DNA of 64,000 nucleotides, from NCBI RefSeq assembly GCF_009914755.1, contig NC_060930.1; one strand, written 5' to 3'. The notes below the pieces were generated by a model. The model was not told the DNA's origin and ran no database searches. It saw only the letters and a program-made list of their open reading frames with translations. This document shows positions 1 through 14,016 of this stretch, one piece after another. The position numbers and the translations under genes are program-made. The first letter of the stretch is position 1. Every line of letters begins with the position of its first letter. The stretch is from the human T2T-CHM13v2.0 reference genome, Homo sapiens.

Positions 1-443
1 TGGATTATGTTTATTGATTTACATATCTTGAACCAGGCTTGCATCCCAGGGATGAAGCTGACTTGATCATTGTGGATAAGCTTTTGATGTGCTGCTGGAT
101 TCAGTTTGCCAGTATTTTATTGAGGATTTTTGCATCGATGTTCATCAGGGATATTGGTCTAAAATTCTCTTTTTTTGTTTTTGTGTCTCTGCCAGGCTTT
201 GGTATCAGGATGATGCTGGCCTCATAAAATGAGTTAGGGTGGATTCCCTCCTTTTCTATTGATTGGAATAGTTTCAGAAGAAATGATACCAGGTCCTCTT
301 TGTACCTCTGGTAGAATTCGGCTGTGAATTCGTCTGGTCCTGGACTTTTTTTAGTTGGTAGGCTATTAATTATTGCCTCAACTTCAGAACCTGTTATTGA
401 TCTATTCAGAGATTTGACTTCTTCCTGTTTAGTCTTGGGAGGG
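1..443 (-). mobile_element. LINE-1 (L1PA) ORF2 fragment, left part; continues beyond the window start
   Basis: Minus-strand ORF 101..490 encodes [42 protein letters not shown]...[23 protein letters not shown] (ORF2p Z-domain region). L1 similarity stops at ...gtcttgggaggg (443). Confidence 0.97.
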
Positions 444-781
444 CCAACTAAAAATACTAAACACACACTATCACCTACCTGCCTCACCAAAATTTATTAA
501 CATGAAAAATCACAATAAACCCTGAGAGCCAAAATGAACGAAAATTTATTCACTTCATTCATTACCCCCACAATTCTAGGCCTACCTGCTGCAGTACCAA
601 TCATCCTATTTCCCCCCTTACTGGTTCCAATTTCCAAATACCTCATCAACAACCGACTAATCACTACCCAACAATGACTAATCCAACTCATCTTAAAACA
701 AATAATAATGATACATAACATTAAGGGACGAACCTGGTCCCTTATACTAATCTCCCTAATTATTTTTATTGCCGCAACTAA
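444..781 (+). pseudogene. NUMT segment 1: 3' part of mt-ATP8 and 5' part of mt-ATP6
   Basis: ATG at 534 opens [82 protein letters not shown] in the vertebrate mitochondrial code. The ATP8 stop TAG at 577-579 gives the 46-nt ATP8/ATP6 overlap seen in human mtDNA. Confidence 0.97.
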
Positions 782-888
782 TTGTGTTCAGTTGATGCAA
801 AGTAGGGTTTTGCAGTCCTTAGTTGTTGCAGAAATTAAGTATTATTAACTTACTAAGGGCTTTGAAGGTTCTCGGTCTATGTTTAACC
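782..888 (-). pseudogene. NUMT segment 2: inverted mt tRNA-Trp (nearly complete) and part of tRNA-Ala
   Basis: Reverse complement ggttaaacatagaccgagaaccttcaaagcccttagtaag...tacttaatttctgcaacaactaaggactgcaaaaccctactttgcatcaactgaacacaa matches the start of the mtDNA WANCY cluster. The TCA anticodon lies in 'ccttcaaag'. Confidence 0.93.
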
Positions 889-1033
889 CTCATTTACATA
901 AACATTACACTAGCATTTACTATCTCACTTTTGGGAATACTAATCTACTGCTCACACCTAATATCCTCCCTGCTATGCCTAGAAGGGATAATGCTATCAC
1001 TATTCATCATAACTACCCTCACAACTCTTAACA

Positions 1034-1035
<2 letters not shown>
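887..1035 (+). pseudogene. NUMT segment 3: 5' half of mt-ND4L
   Basis: Translates to [49 protein letters not shown] in the standard code (ATA = Met in mitochondria). This is the ND4L N-terminus with the SLLCLEG motif. Confidence 0.96.
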
Positions 1036-2249
<1,214 letters not shown>

Positions 2250-4029
2250 TCTTTCCATAATATTCTATGTCAATTAAAACTGCCATTAAGAATTGGTGAT
2301 TATTCTTTCAGAATGTTTATTTGACTAAACACACCTACACATATGCATTTATGCAGAAGCTATCGAAATAACACACACACATACTGTCAAAGTATATATA
2401 TATATATATATATAGATATGTCATGAACATCTTTCTATGTCATATTGTACATTATTAAATTGCAGGAAAATGTGCACATAGTATATTTTCACAATAAGTG
2501 TGTGAGAATACCTCTTTCTTTTTTCCCCAAATTCACCACAGTTTAATAAATAGATACAAATTATCCATGTTTTTATTTTTTCAACATAAAAAGTTATATT
2601 TTAACTTAAATACTAATAACATTAAATAATGCAAAAATATGGAGATGAGTATATAATGATTTTTTTAAAGTAAAAGCTTATTTTAATTGTTACCCAGGGT
2701 AAGAAATGTTAAAATTTTGATAAATATCCTCATAAATATTCTCTTTGTCTCCCTCTCTCTCCCCCACTTTCTCTTTTTCTCTTTTTTTTATTTAAATGGG
2801 ACCATAATGAATTTATCATATTATAAATTATGATCTTTTAAAAATCTACTTATCCCTCTACTAGTTGGTAGGATTGATTTAAGACGAGAGAATTATTTCT
2901 CAATAATCAATATGAGGTTATTTTAATTAAACTAAGGTCTTTTATAATAATTTTATAATGTTATGAAAGCTACTATTAGTTATCATAACTCTACCCCTTA
3001 AGAAATCTTATATTAATTGCATGCATTAGAATATCATCTGATAAAAGGGGTTTAAACCATATACATTTGTTATCTCACATTACAGAAATTCTGAAGTTAA
3101 ATATTACCAGGGTTGGTTAATCTAGAAGCTTCTGGGTTGGCTTCTTTGAAAAGTTGCAAAGCTTGACCCTTATAATCCTAAGACAGCTTCACTGTCTCCC
3201 GTTTTCACACCTATAGGAAATAACATCTAAAGGCAAGATGAAGCCATATTTTCTCCTATACCTTGCTCTTTTTGTCAGGGAAGAAGTCCTTACTCATAAG
3301 CCATTAAGAAGAGTTCTCCTGGAAATCACGCGCCTGTGTCCCAGTTGCAAGAGGCCAGTAAAGTGAATGGCTAGCATTCTGAGTGTCTGCAGTGGGAAGA
3401 GTTCTTTCAGCAAAGCAGAAAGGGGAAAAGCAAGTGGTGGTGATCAGCAGTGTCTACTTCAACTTTGAAGCCTAAAACAATGTGAAGTATTTCTAGTTAG
3501 AATCACAACATACCACATTTCTCTCTACTGAACACCATTTTACTAGTTGGAATTTTTATCTTGATTGTGAATTCCTTGACACAACCTGCATGAGCATGAG
3601 CGTGTCCTTAATTCATTTAAGCTACTTGAGGTAATTCTCAACATAGATATGCTTGTAATTGCTATTCGGTTTTAGTTTGTTTCAGCGATTTTGAGTAAAA
3701 AGAGAAAGCAGAATATATGATAATAAATTGGAATTTATTATTAAGATAACGAGAGCACTTTTTTAAAAAATCAACTGGTGATTTATTATCTTAACATGAA
3801 AGTGAATGTCAATTTGAGAACTTGCGTTTATACAGACATAATCTAAAAGCTGTGCAATGCATTCTACTTCAGTAATGTCTTTTTATTTGTTATTGTTGTT
3901 TTTATATATACTTTCCATCATGCAAATTACACAGATAAGTGATTTTTGACCTTTTATTTTATGTTGGGGTTTTATTTTTTAATATATACCCCTGTAGAGC
4001 ACAGTAACAACCCATTAAAGAAAAAAAGT

Positions 4030-4290
4030 AATTATAGCTAATATTTATTGGATCCTTACTCTGCACTGAGTACTAAACTAAGAGCTTTGTGTGTACTCCT
4101 TCATTTGAGCCTTGCAACAACCTTCTGTGGTAAGAGCTATTATCTTCATTTTACTGATGGAGAAATTGAGTCTAAGAGGTAAAGTCATCTTATGAAGCCC
4201 ACATGGCCACAAGTGTTCAAGCCATGTTGCCCCATTTGGACCCGAACAATAAAAATTTGGACTCCACGGTCTTAGCCACTGCCTTATGCT
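4030..4290 (-). mobile_element. MIR SINE
   Basis: Contains the MIR core 'cattttactgatggagaaattgagtctaagaggtaaag' and the 'atagctaatatttattg' end. Confidence 0.8.
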
Positions 4291-5645
4291 TCTGAGGGTT
4301 TTGGTGCAGGACTGACTAGGCACAACTCATTGATACAAATTTATGAATCAGCACATAAATTACAGCTTGTGGACAAAGTTATACATTTTTAAAATTTCAC
4401 ATTGGACATGTTTCAAGGGCAATTTACATAACGTGGGTCACAGTTAATGTGTAAATTATAATGATGGTATTAAATTGGAAATAAAATTACTCATTAGCAA
4501 ACCTCACTTTCAAAAATTAAGAGAATCCCTAGAGAGATAGCTTTATTTAGATAGCATTGTGATTTTTGCCTGAACTTTGGTAGTATCTGTTTTTTATATC
4601 CCCTGGTTTCTATTACGGAAATGCTCTGTTCACTGGGCACTCTACCGTGACCCTCATCCTGTTCAGAAAGATGAGTTCCTTTGATCATTGTTGTATATAT
4701 TTGTGAAGTATGATATTGCACTATTCTTAAAAGCAGAAGAGCTGAATTTAGCTTGATTTTTTTTTTTTAAACACAAACATCACTGAAAACCATCCAGAAA
4801 CAACATTGTCTGGTAGACAATAGAAGTTCCCTGCATCCCCAAAGTAGGTCTCTCAGAAGTATGTACGAACTGGAGTTTTTCCTCAAGGGGCTTGAAAACA
4901 CTGCTGAGGTCTTTCTTTTGAACCTCTTTGAACTAAAAGCATGTTCACAACTGTTTGTGACACATTGTTGTGAAGCTGGTGAGGACACTCCATGCCCACT
5001 AATTACCTGAAGCCATAGACCTAGTGGAAGGGTGAAGAGTACTCTAGGTGATGCTCACACAGTAGACAACTATATCCTCTCCAATGCAATAGAGCTAAGA
5101 AGGGCATCCAATCTCAGGGAAAACCCAAACTCAGAGATAATGCTGAGAGCAGAACAATGATTCCCAGGCCAGATTCTCTGAGAGATACAAGACCAGAACT
5201 GCCTCACACAGAAATGATTGTTACAAAGAAAAAGGTTTACTCTTAGAATGTTTTCACTGAAAACATCACAGAGCTAAGTTTCTCCCATTATCATTAACTG
5301 GCATGCAAATAAAGGGCTAATTTTAGGACTAAATTATCTATTATGGGTTTTTGGTTTTATTTTATTTTTACATTTTTTATACTTTAAAATTAGAACCTAT
5401 AAAATTCAAAACCATACGCAGAATCCATTAAAAAGACAATACCTCAAGAATCCTAGAATGATCAGTTAGTAAGATAACTTGATTCCAAAAATAAATGAAA
5501 ATATGTACACAAATGTGTAGGTATATATACACACATAAATACAGAATTATAAAACATATTTTTTGGTGTCTCAGATACATTGTGTGCATTTGGTATAAAA
5601 CTCTTACACATTTGGTCCTTTTATTCATCACTATTGTTAGGATAT

Positions 5646-5978
5646 TGCTATGAATTGAATTGTGTCACCCAAAATTTATATGTTGAAGCAACAACCCCCA
5701 ATGTTTGTATTCAAAGATAGGGCCTTTAAGGAGGATATTTCTGGTGCCCTTACAATGAGAGAGACACTAGGGATGTGTGTATGCAAGAGAAAATGCCATG
5801 TGAGGACACAATGAGAAAATGGCCACCTGCAAGCCAAGGAGAGAGGATCCAAGAAACCAAACCTGCTGACTCCTCAATCTTGAACTTTCAGCCTTCAGAA
5901 TGGTAAGACATAAATGTCTGCTGTTTAAGCCACCCAGTCTGTGGTATTTTGTTATGGCCACTCTAGCAGACTAAGACA
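5646..5978 (+). mobile_element. MaLR solo LTR (MLT1A/B-like) with 5-bp TSD GATAT
   Basis: TG...CA termini and the 3' end 'ctgctgtttaagccacccagtctgtggtattttgttatgg...ctaagaca'. GATAT lies at 5641-5645 and 5979-5983. Confidence 0.9.
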
Positions 5979-6194
5979 GATATCATTACTTCTAGGCACA
6001 ATAGGCTTTACTTCAAGCTACAAGTTACATTCTCTAGATTTTACATGTGAGCTCTTTAAGAGTAAATAGCAGTACTACATTACAGTATAAAATGAAAGGA
6101 ACCTTGAGCATCATCTACTACAACAATTTTGTTTTACATATGAGGAAAATTATGGCATAGAGAGATTAAATGACATGCCCCAAATAATACATTA

Positions 6195-6797
6195 TTTTAT
6201 TTTTTAATTTTTGTGGGTACATAGTAGGTGCATATATTTGTGAGGTACATAAGATATTTGGATAAGATATTTTGCACACAATGCAGAATAATCACATCAC
6301 AGCAAATGGGTTAAACACCACTTCAAGCACTTATTATATTTTTTTGTGTTACAAACATTTCAATTATACTCTTAGTTATTTTTAAGTGTGTAATAAATTT
6401 TTGTTGACTGTAATCAGCCTGTTGTACTATCAGATACTAGATAATATTCATCCCATATATTTTTGTACTCATTAATCATCCTCATTTTCTCCCCACACCC
6501 TTCCCAGCCTCTGCTAAGTCATTCTACTTTCTACATCCATGAGTTTAATTATTTTAAATTCTAGCTCCCACAAATAAGTGAGAACATACAGTTTGCCTTT
6601 CCGTGCCTGGCTTATGCAGCTTCACATGATGTCCTCTAATTCCATCCATATCTGTTGCAAATAACAGGATTTCATTCCTCTTTATGGCTGAATAATATTC
6701 CATCATATATATGTACCACATTTTCTTTATCCATTTATCTGTTGATGGGCCCTTAGATTGCCTACGAATCTTGGCTATTGTGAATAGTGCTGCAATC
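6195..6797 (-). mobile_element. L1MA-type 3' end, inserted into a MIR fragment
   Basis: 'ttttgtgggtacatagtaggtg...tttatggctgaataatattccat...ttgtgaatagtgctgcaat'. MIR-like sequence lies at ~6095-6190 and ~6800-6840. Confidence 0.85.
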
Positions 6798-6845
6798 TAT
6801 TAGTGGGACCAGTGCTGGAACCAGACCATGTATGTCCCAATTTAA

Positions 6846-7253
<408 letters not shown>

Positions 7254-7710
7254 TGTGTTGCAGTTTTTTATGGTCATTCTTTGTCATGGGTTTTCTAGGG
7301 ATACTAGTGGTCCCTGAAATCCAAGAATGCTATATCTATATATATATACAGATGCATATGTACACACACACACATATCATATATATAAATATATATATTT
7401 GTTGTTGTTTCATACCTTTACATAAATTATAATTGCTTTAAAAATAACCCCAGGAACACTCCTTTTTAATATTTAACATCATAATCTTATATAATTTGAT
7501 TTGATTTTATTTTAAACTGGCATTTCCAAGTGGCAGTATTTCTTCAATAAAATTTCTTGTCACTTAAAGTAGACCACTGATACTGTGTAATCAAGTGATA
7601 ATGTAGGAAATAATTAGTCTTTTTCAAATTTGTCTATCTTTAAATACAATATACATGCTAGGTATGCCTATCAAAAACATGATGTATCCATGCATGAAAT
7701 TCACTGTATC

Positions 7711-8032
<322 letters not shown>

Positions 8033-9015
8033 TAAATATTTTCTTAGTAAGCAAAACAGTCCATTCATCTAGAACCAACTGCAAAGAAATTGTCCATGCT
8101 CATGGGGCCACTGGAGTAGCATCCTAAATCAATTTCAAGACTTATGAAAATGAAAAATGGTTTGTTTTATTCCTATTAGCTTGCCTTATTTTCTTAAGCT
8201 ACTCAAATCCTTTATTATGCCCATCAATCAAGTCTTGCCTACAGTTATAAAGTGAAAATAAAAGAGCACCAAAGCAAAATGGGAAGAAAATTGTAAACTG
8301 TGCCTCTCCTTTATTATTTCATCTGAAGCTGTAAGTGTGAAGGAGTTATGAGTCTCTTAAAATGGATCTTCTTCAATTCAAATGTAGCTCCTGGGAAAAT
8401 GTTTAAAGGAGTAGTGATCTGATTCACAGCCCTGAATAAAAAGGAAAATCTTTATGAAATAGCTAATTGATCCATTTCACATATTTGTGCATGAAGGTTG
8501 AACATAACGTTGGAAATAAATCAAGTCCTGGGACAATATCATCCATAAGTCAATCTGGCACACTTTATTGCATGTTACCCATTCAGTGCCCTTGTAGAAT
8601 CTGTCATCTGTCATATTTCTATCCAAACCATTAACCACACTGGTAGATAACAATTACATCCAATCAAACAACTTGTGCAACCAAGATGAAGTACTAAAAC
8701 TCCGTCCCATTCTCAAACTGCAGACACAAATATATGCAATACAACCTCCTTTTCCCCACTTCTATCCATGTGGATCTACAGCACATGCATTGTTCCTTTT
8801 CCTGCTGGTGAAGGTCATGCCTAAAAGGTGCTCTTGGTAGTGACTTACAGCTTTCAGGTTATCTTTTTTATTACCCTTTGTTGAATCTTTGACATTTGGC
8901 CAGAGACTTGAGATTTCTGAATTCTATATAAGGCCTCCAAAAGCGTATCTGAGTTAGTCCCAGAATTCATCTCATCTGACCTTTATGTTCCCTGTCATTT
9001 TGGTGGCCAGCTCAG

Positions 9016-9098
9016 GCAACTAGTTAGCCTATGTATATTACATAATTAAACATCAATACACATTTATATTTTATACAGACTTTGCACCTAAATTGAAA
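9016..9098 (+). repeat. Dispersed direct repeat, copy 1 (copy 2 at 10400-10482)
   Basis: Core gcaactagttagcctatgtatattacataa(t/c)taaacatcaatacacatttatattttatacag is 62/63 identical, followed by a 15/20 extension. Confidence 0.95.
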
Positions 9099-9199
9099 GG
9101 CAAATTGGTTTTTCTTTTAGAAAATGAGAATTAATGGTTCATTTAATTGGAAGAATCCATTCAAGGCTTAGCATTATGTCACCTCCTTAAAGAGGACTT

Positions 9200-9450
9200 G
9201 CTGACCACATGATTAATAGCAGTTTTTCTTTTCATCTTCTGTTATACTTTAATATTTTTGCCTTAACAACACATATTACTATGTAAACTTATTTTGGTCA
9301 TTTCCTTGCTTACTTGTTTAATATCTTACCTCCAATTATACAAATTCTAAGACAGCAGAAATCTTGACTTACCTCTCCCTTGCTGTATCTACAGCACCAT
9401 AAACAATGTCTGGTGCTTAATGGACATCAGTGAATATCTGTGTAGTGTAG
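9200..9450 (+). mobile_element. L2 3' fragment
   Basis: Degenerate L2 tail 'gctgtatctacagcaccataaacaatgtctggtgcttaatggacatcagtgaatatctg'. Confidence 0.6.
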
Positions 9451-9809
9451 CGAACTAATTAATAACCAATACTTTGGAATATTTCTGGAGCCCCCCATCA
9501 TCCTGATAATACTCGACAAATTTCCTAAGTTTTCTTACATGTATAATTTGAAATGGCTGTTTTAGCCTCATGACCTGGTGTAATAGATAGTTGAAAACTC
9601 TAATAGTATTTTCTAATTTTCTCTGGTCAAATTAACAGAACCAGGTTGTCTATCTTTTTTAGGCTCTTCATCCTTCTTAGTCTGTCTCTTTATAGGGTTA
9701 CTTATCTCTCTATTATCTCTGGGATGCTCACTAAGAAGTTCCAGAATCAGAAGTTTTATTCTAAAACAATTTGTTGAATTCTGAATACATGTGGCTCTTA
9801 CAATGACTC

Positions 9810-9901
9810 TTAATTATAGGAAACATTAAAAATGCAATAGAAAAGAAAAGTAACTTTTAATTATAGAAAACATTTGAAAATGCAATAGAAAATAAAGGTA
9901 A
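9810..9901 (+). repeat. Two-copy tandem duplication, period ~47 bp
   Basis: ttaattataggaaacattaaaaatgcaatagaaaagaaaagtaa / ttaattatagaaaacatttgaaaatgcaatagaaaataaaggtaa. Confidence 0.9.
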
Positions 9902-10399
9902 TATATATTGGGGCTACTCAAATAAAGTGCTTTTGAGATTTTTCTCATATTCTAACAGACTTGTTTATTTCTATATTGTGTATACATGTATTTTAGTAAA
10001 GGCAAAAGCAATTCAATGCAAAAACAAGCCCTGGTGTTATTTTTTCATCTCCCAAGTCCTAGTTGGAAACAAAAGTAGATTTTTTTTCCCGAATCATGGA
10101 GGATTATAGAATTTGCCCTTGGGGAATGGTACCTGGGCATGGTTGGGCATGGTACCTGGGGAGCATGGAGATGTTAAGGGTAGTCTTTGATTGGGTAGAC
10201 TGGGTGTTCCCAAGAAGTTCTGTGTGCCTCATCCCTTCAGGGGAGAAATAGCAATTTGTGCAACAAATTCCAGCAGATAAAACAGCAAGAGCATGGATTG
10301 GATAGAAAAAAAATAAAAAACACAAGGCATCTTTTAAAAATAGGTGTATCTGGTGCAACTATAGCTACAAATGTTCTAGAACTGGGTTTCTTTGCCCAA

Positions 10400-10482
10400 G
10401 CAACTAGTTAGCCTATGTATATTACATAACTAAACATCAATACACATTTATATTTTATACAGCGTTTACACCTAAGTTCAAA
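10400..10482 (+). repeat. Dispersed direct repeat, copy 2 of 9016-9098
   Basis: Direct comparison; offset 1384 bp. Confidence 0.95.
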
Positions 10483-11838
10483 TTACTGCCCTGTAATCAT
10501 GTGGCATTATCATGCTTTCAGTTTTTGGCTTCAGGGCTTCGTGACTATGAGGGTCCTGGTAGGAAATAGATGCTGTACTCACATGGGTTAATTAAGAAGA
10601 GTTTAATTTAAGGATGATTTGCAAAGGTATGGGTGGGATATAGGAAGACCAATATGGGAAGTGCTGCTAAAAGGCACTGTCATTACCTTAGGCCTAAAGT
10701 GAAAGGTCACCTGTATGAAGAAGGTCACTTGACAAAACCTGTGGACTTGGTCCACACCTAGCATTTATGCAACCCTGGGCAAGAGCAAAAATTGAGGACT
10801 ACAAACCATACATGTAAATATTTAAAAGTAATAAATCAGGCTAACAGAGAAATAAAATAAATTCTGTTACCTCACCTTAACAGAACCTTATAATGGCTTG
10901 GAAGGCCAAATTTGTATTTCAAAGTCTTAGACTCCATGGAGTTTCTCACTGGCACATTGCAGTGTGGAAGGACACATTGCCACTTCTGGCCCAGAGCTGC
11001 CTCACACCTCTTCACATCCCTGGAGGCACCTTTTATGCTGGAATAGACCTCATATGTACGTATATTAACCCTTGATTCCATGTTATTAAACTCCGTCTTC
11101 ATCCTTATCACCCTTCTCCAAAAAGCTGTACCTACCCACTCAGACCCTACAAATAGGATTAGAGCCGTTTTAGCAGGGAATTGTGCAGACCTGTGTACCA
11201 AGGACATGGTCTAGCATGCGGAGGCTGAGCTCTGGGTGGGAATGTTCCCTTGGCCTATAGATCCTTGCTCTGTGTTATGGACAAGGCCAAACAAGGGGCA
11301 GTACAGGGCCCTCTAGAGTGCTCAGCCCAAAGTCAAGGCATCTCCTCCCCATAAATTGGTATATTACCACGGACTTCAACAAAGAGCCACCCTAAGGCAT
11401 ACAGCAGGAAAGAACTTGAAGAATCAAACACCTATCTCACTTTCCTTTCCTTTCTCAATATCTTTCTCTCAGTGATAACTGCTTCCCATCTCTGTTGGCC
11501 TTACCACTGAAAAGCCAGGAATAAAGACACCCTCTGAGGTGAGGCAATCAGTGTGGGTCAGCCACCAGGGCAAAGAGCAAGTACAGAGGAGTGAATGAAG
11601 TCAACTCTACAGCGACAAACTAAAAGTCTCTAGCCCAGGTCATGGGTACTCTAGGAGAATCTTTGCTTTGGGGTCCTTGACAATCCCCCCTTATATACAC
11701 TTCTAAAAAGAGCATTCTCATAATTAAAATATTCTACTCATGATTACTTTTTAGGGAAGTATTCATATAAGGCCTTCTTACCTAGGGTGCTGTAAACCAT
11801 TTTTGGTTACTCTGAATTTAATTCATAGATAATTTAAG

Positions 11839-12180
11839 TGTCCTAGTCTATTTGGGCTGCTATAGCAAAATATATTAGATTAGGTGATTTACAAGCAACA
11901 TAAGCTTATTGCTTGCAGTTCTGGAGGGTGGAAAGTCTAAGATCAAGGTGCCGGCAGTTGCAGTTTCTGGTGATGGCCCACATTCTGCTGTGTCCTCACA
12001 TGGTGGAAGGGGGCTGGCTAGCTCTCTGGGTGATCTTTTATAAGGATGGTAGTCTCATTCAGGAGGGTGGAGGCCTTAAGACCTAATGACCTCCCAAAAC
12101 CTCAGCTTCAATACTGTCACACTGGGGAGCAGGTTTCAACGTGTGAATTTTGGGGAGACACAAATATTCAGACTGTAACA
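11839..12180 (-). mobile_element. MaLR solo LTR (MLT1A/MSTD-like)
   Basis: 'tgtcctagtctatttgggctgctatagcaaaa...cagttctggagg...aagatcaaggtgccggcag...cagactgtaaca'. Confidence 0.88.
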
Positions 12181-13332
12181 CTATCTCGCACATAACTGAA
12201 AAAAAATTTAAAAAAATACTTCAACTGTAATGTAAGGGAGAAATAATTGTAATATAATTCATGTTAAATACAATATAATAAAATACACAAATGCATGGAC
12301 CAAGCTCCACTAGAATCTATAGGTGAAGAAATCACAGAGTTGGAAATCTGGGAAGAATCACAGTGAATATGGCAGCTCCAAATATAGAATGCTGTAGGTG
12401 TGCTATATGGGTGAGTCACTAAATGTCATGAGTGGCATTGAAGTGGTGGTGGTGATGATGAATCATTTTGATAATCACTATTGTATCTTAATCATTATTA
12501 TATTCATGCTTCAACTGAAACTGAGGCACAATCACTCTTGTTTATCTCTGTTATCCCTGCATTATTTTTAATAGAAGGCAATTTCACTCTCAAAAGAGTC
12601 TCACTGTCAAAAGGGCCACCCAAATTATAATCTGACAGAATGAAGTGTTCAGAGAAGCACATAACAAGATAAAAAATATCTCATGTGTGGGGCTGAAACA
12701 AGGTCAATGATGACTGGACCATAGAGAGGAGAGCGGAGAAGCATAATGTATGATGGAATCTGAGAGGTAGATAGAGTTCATCAATATAGAATCATCCAGG
12801 ACATATTAAGCAGTTTTCTTTACCCAAGAAGCTAGAAAAGCCCTTGAAGTGTTTCTAGTGGGGACATGATATGAAGAGATTTGCATTTCAAGAATATAAT
12901 TCTGCTTGAATGAGGAGGTCGCTACTGAACAGCTACAAGCTTGTTGAAGTCGTTGAAGTGAGAAATGATGCTTTGAACTAGGGTGGTGATGGGAGAACTG
13001 GGAAAAAGTAAACATATGTAAGTAATAGTTAAAAGATTAGATGACAGGATTCTGTGACAGATTCGATTTGGGAAGCAAGCCTGGGAGTCAAAATCATTCA
13101 TAGGTTTCTGGCTTGGGAAATGGGATGCTTAATTTTAGTTGTCAACTTGACTAGATTAAGGGAGCCCCAGATAGCTGGTAAAGCATTATTTCTGTGTTAT
13201 GGACATGAGGCTGTTTCTGGAAGAGACTGGCATTTGAATAAGTGGACTGAGTAAAGAAGATCTGCCCTCATCCAAGGCGAGTGGGCACCATTCAATTGGC
13301 TGATGGGCCCAATAGAACAGAAAGATGGAGGA

Positions 13333-13636
13333 GCTAGGCATGATGGTGCATGCTTGTAGTCTCAGCTACTCTGGAGGCAGGAGGATGGCTTGAGTCCAGG
13401 ACTTCTGGGCTGTAGTGTGCTATGCCAATTGGGGGTCCACACTATGTTCCGCATTAATATGTTGACCTCCCAAGAATGGGGAACCACCAGGTTGCCTAAG
13501 GAGGGGTAAATCAAGCCAGGACAGAAACAAAGCAAGTCAAAACTTTCCTGCTGATCAGTTGTGGGATCAAGCCTGTGAATAGCCACTGCAATCCAGACTG
13601 GGCAACATAGTGAGATCCTGTCAAAAAAAAAAAAAA
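13333..13636 (+). pseudogene. Full-length 7SL (SRP RNA) processed pseudogene with poly-A tail
   Basis: Alu-like ends flank the 7SL-specific S domain 'ttctgggctgtagtgtgctatgcc...accaccaggttgcctaaggagggg...gtcaaaact...tgctgatcagt...gcctgtgaatagccactgc'. A14 tail at 13623-13636. Confidence 0.95.
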
Positions 13637-13946
13637 GAGAGAGAGAAAAGGAAAGGTGAATTACCTCTCTTTCTTCTGGAGCTGAGAAGCCCTTCTTCTC
13701 CTGCTCTTGAACATAAGAGCTCAGATTCTCTGCCCTTTGTACTCCAGAACTTTGGCACAAGCAGCCTACCATGTTTTGAAGGCTTTGACTTGGACTGAGA
13801 TTTACACAATTGGCTTCCCTTGTTCTGAGGCTTTTGTACTTGGACTAGGCCATGCTACTAGATTCTGTGGTTCTCCAGCTTACAGATGGCATATTGTGAA
13901 ATTTCTCAGCTTCCATAATTGTATGAGCCACTTCCCATAATAAATC

Positions 13947-13971
13947 CTATCTATCTATCTATCTATCTATG

Positions 13972-14016
<45 letters not shown>
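13947..14016 (+). repeat. Tetranucleotide STR, approximately (CTAT)6 GTAT (CTAT)10
   Basis: Read directly. Confidence 0.95.

Noticed and set aside
101-490. 129-aa ORF as a novel fusion protein
   Set aside because: It is an L1 ORF2 frame extended by antisense ATP8 sequence across the NUMT junction.
782-888. Functional tRNA genes
   Set aside because: These are mitochondrial-type and truncated: Trp lacks the 5' acceptor strand and Ala is partial.
10540-11640. Possible old LTR interrupted by a hAT-type DNA transposon
   Set aside because: The resemblance is too weak to assign families or boundaries without a Dfam search.
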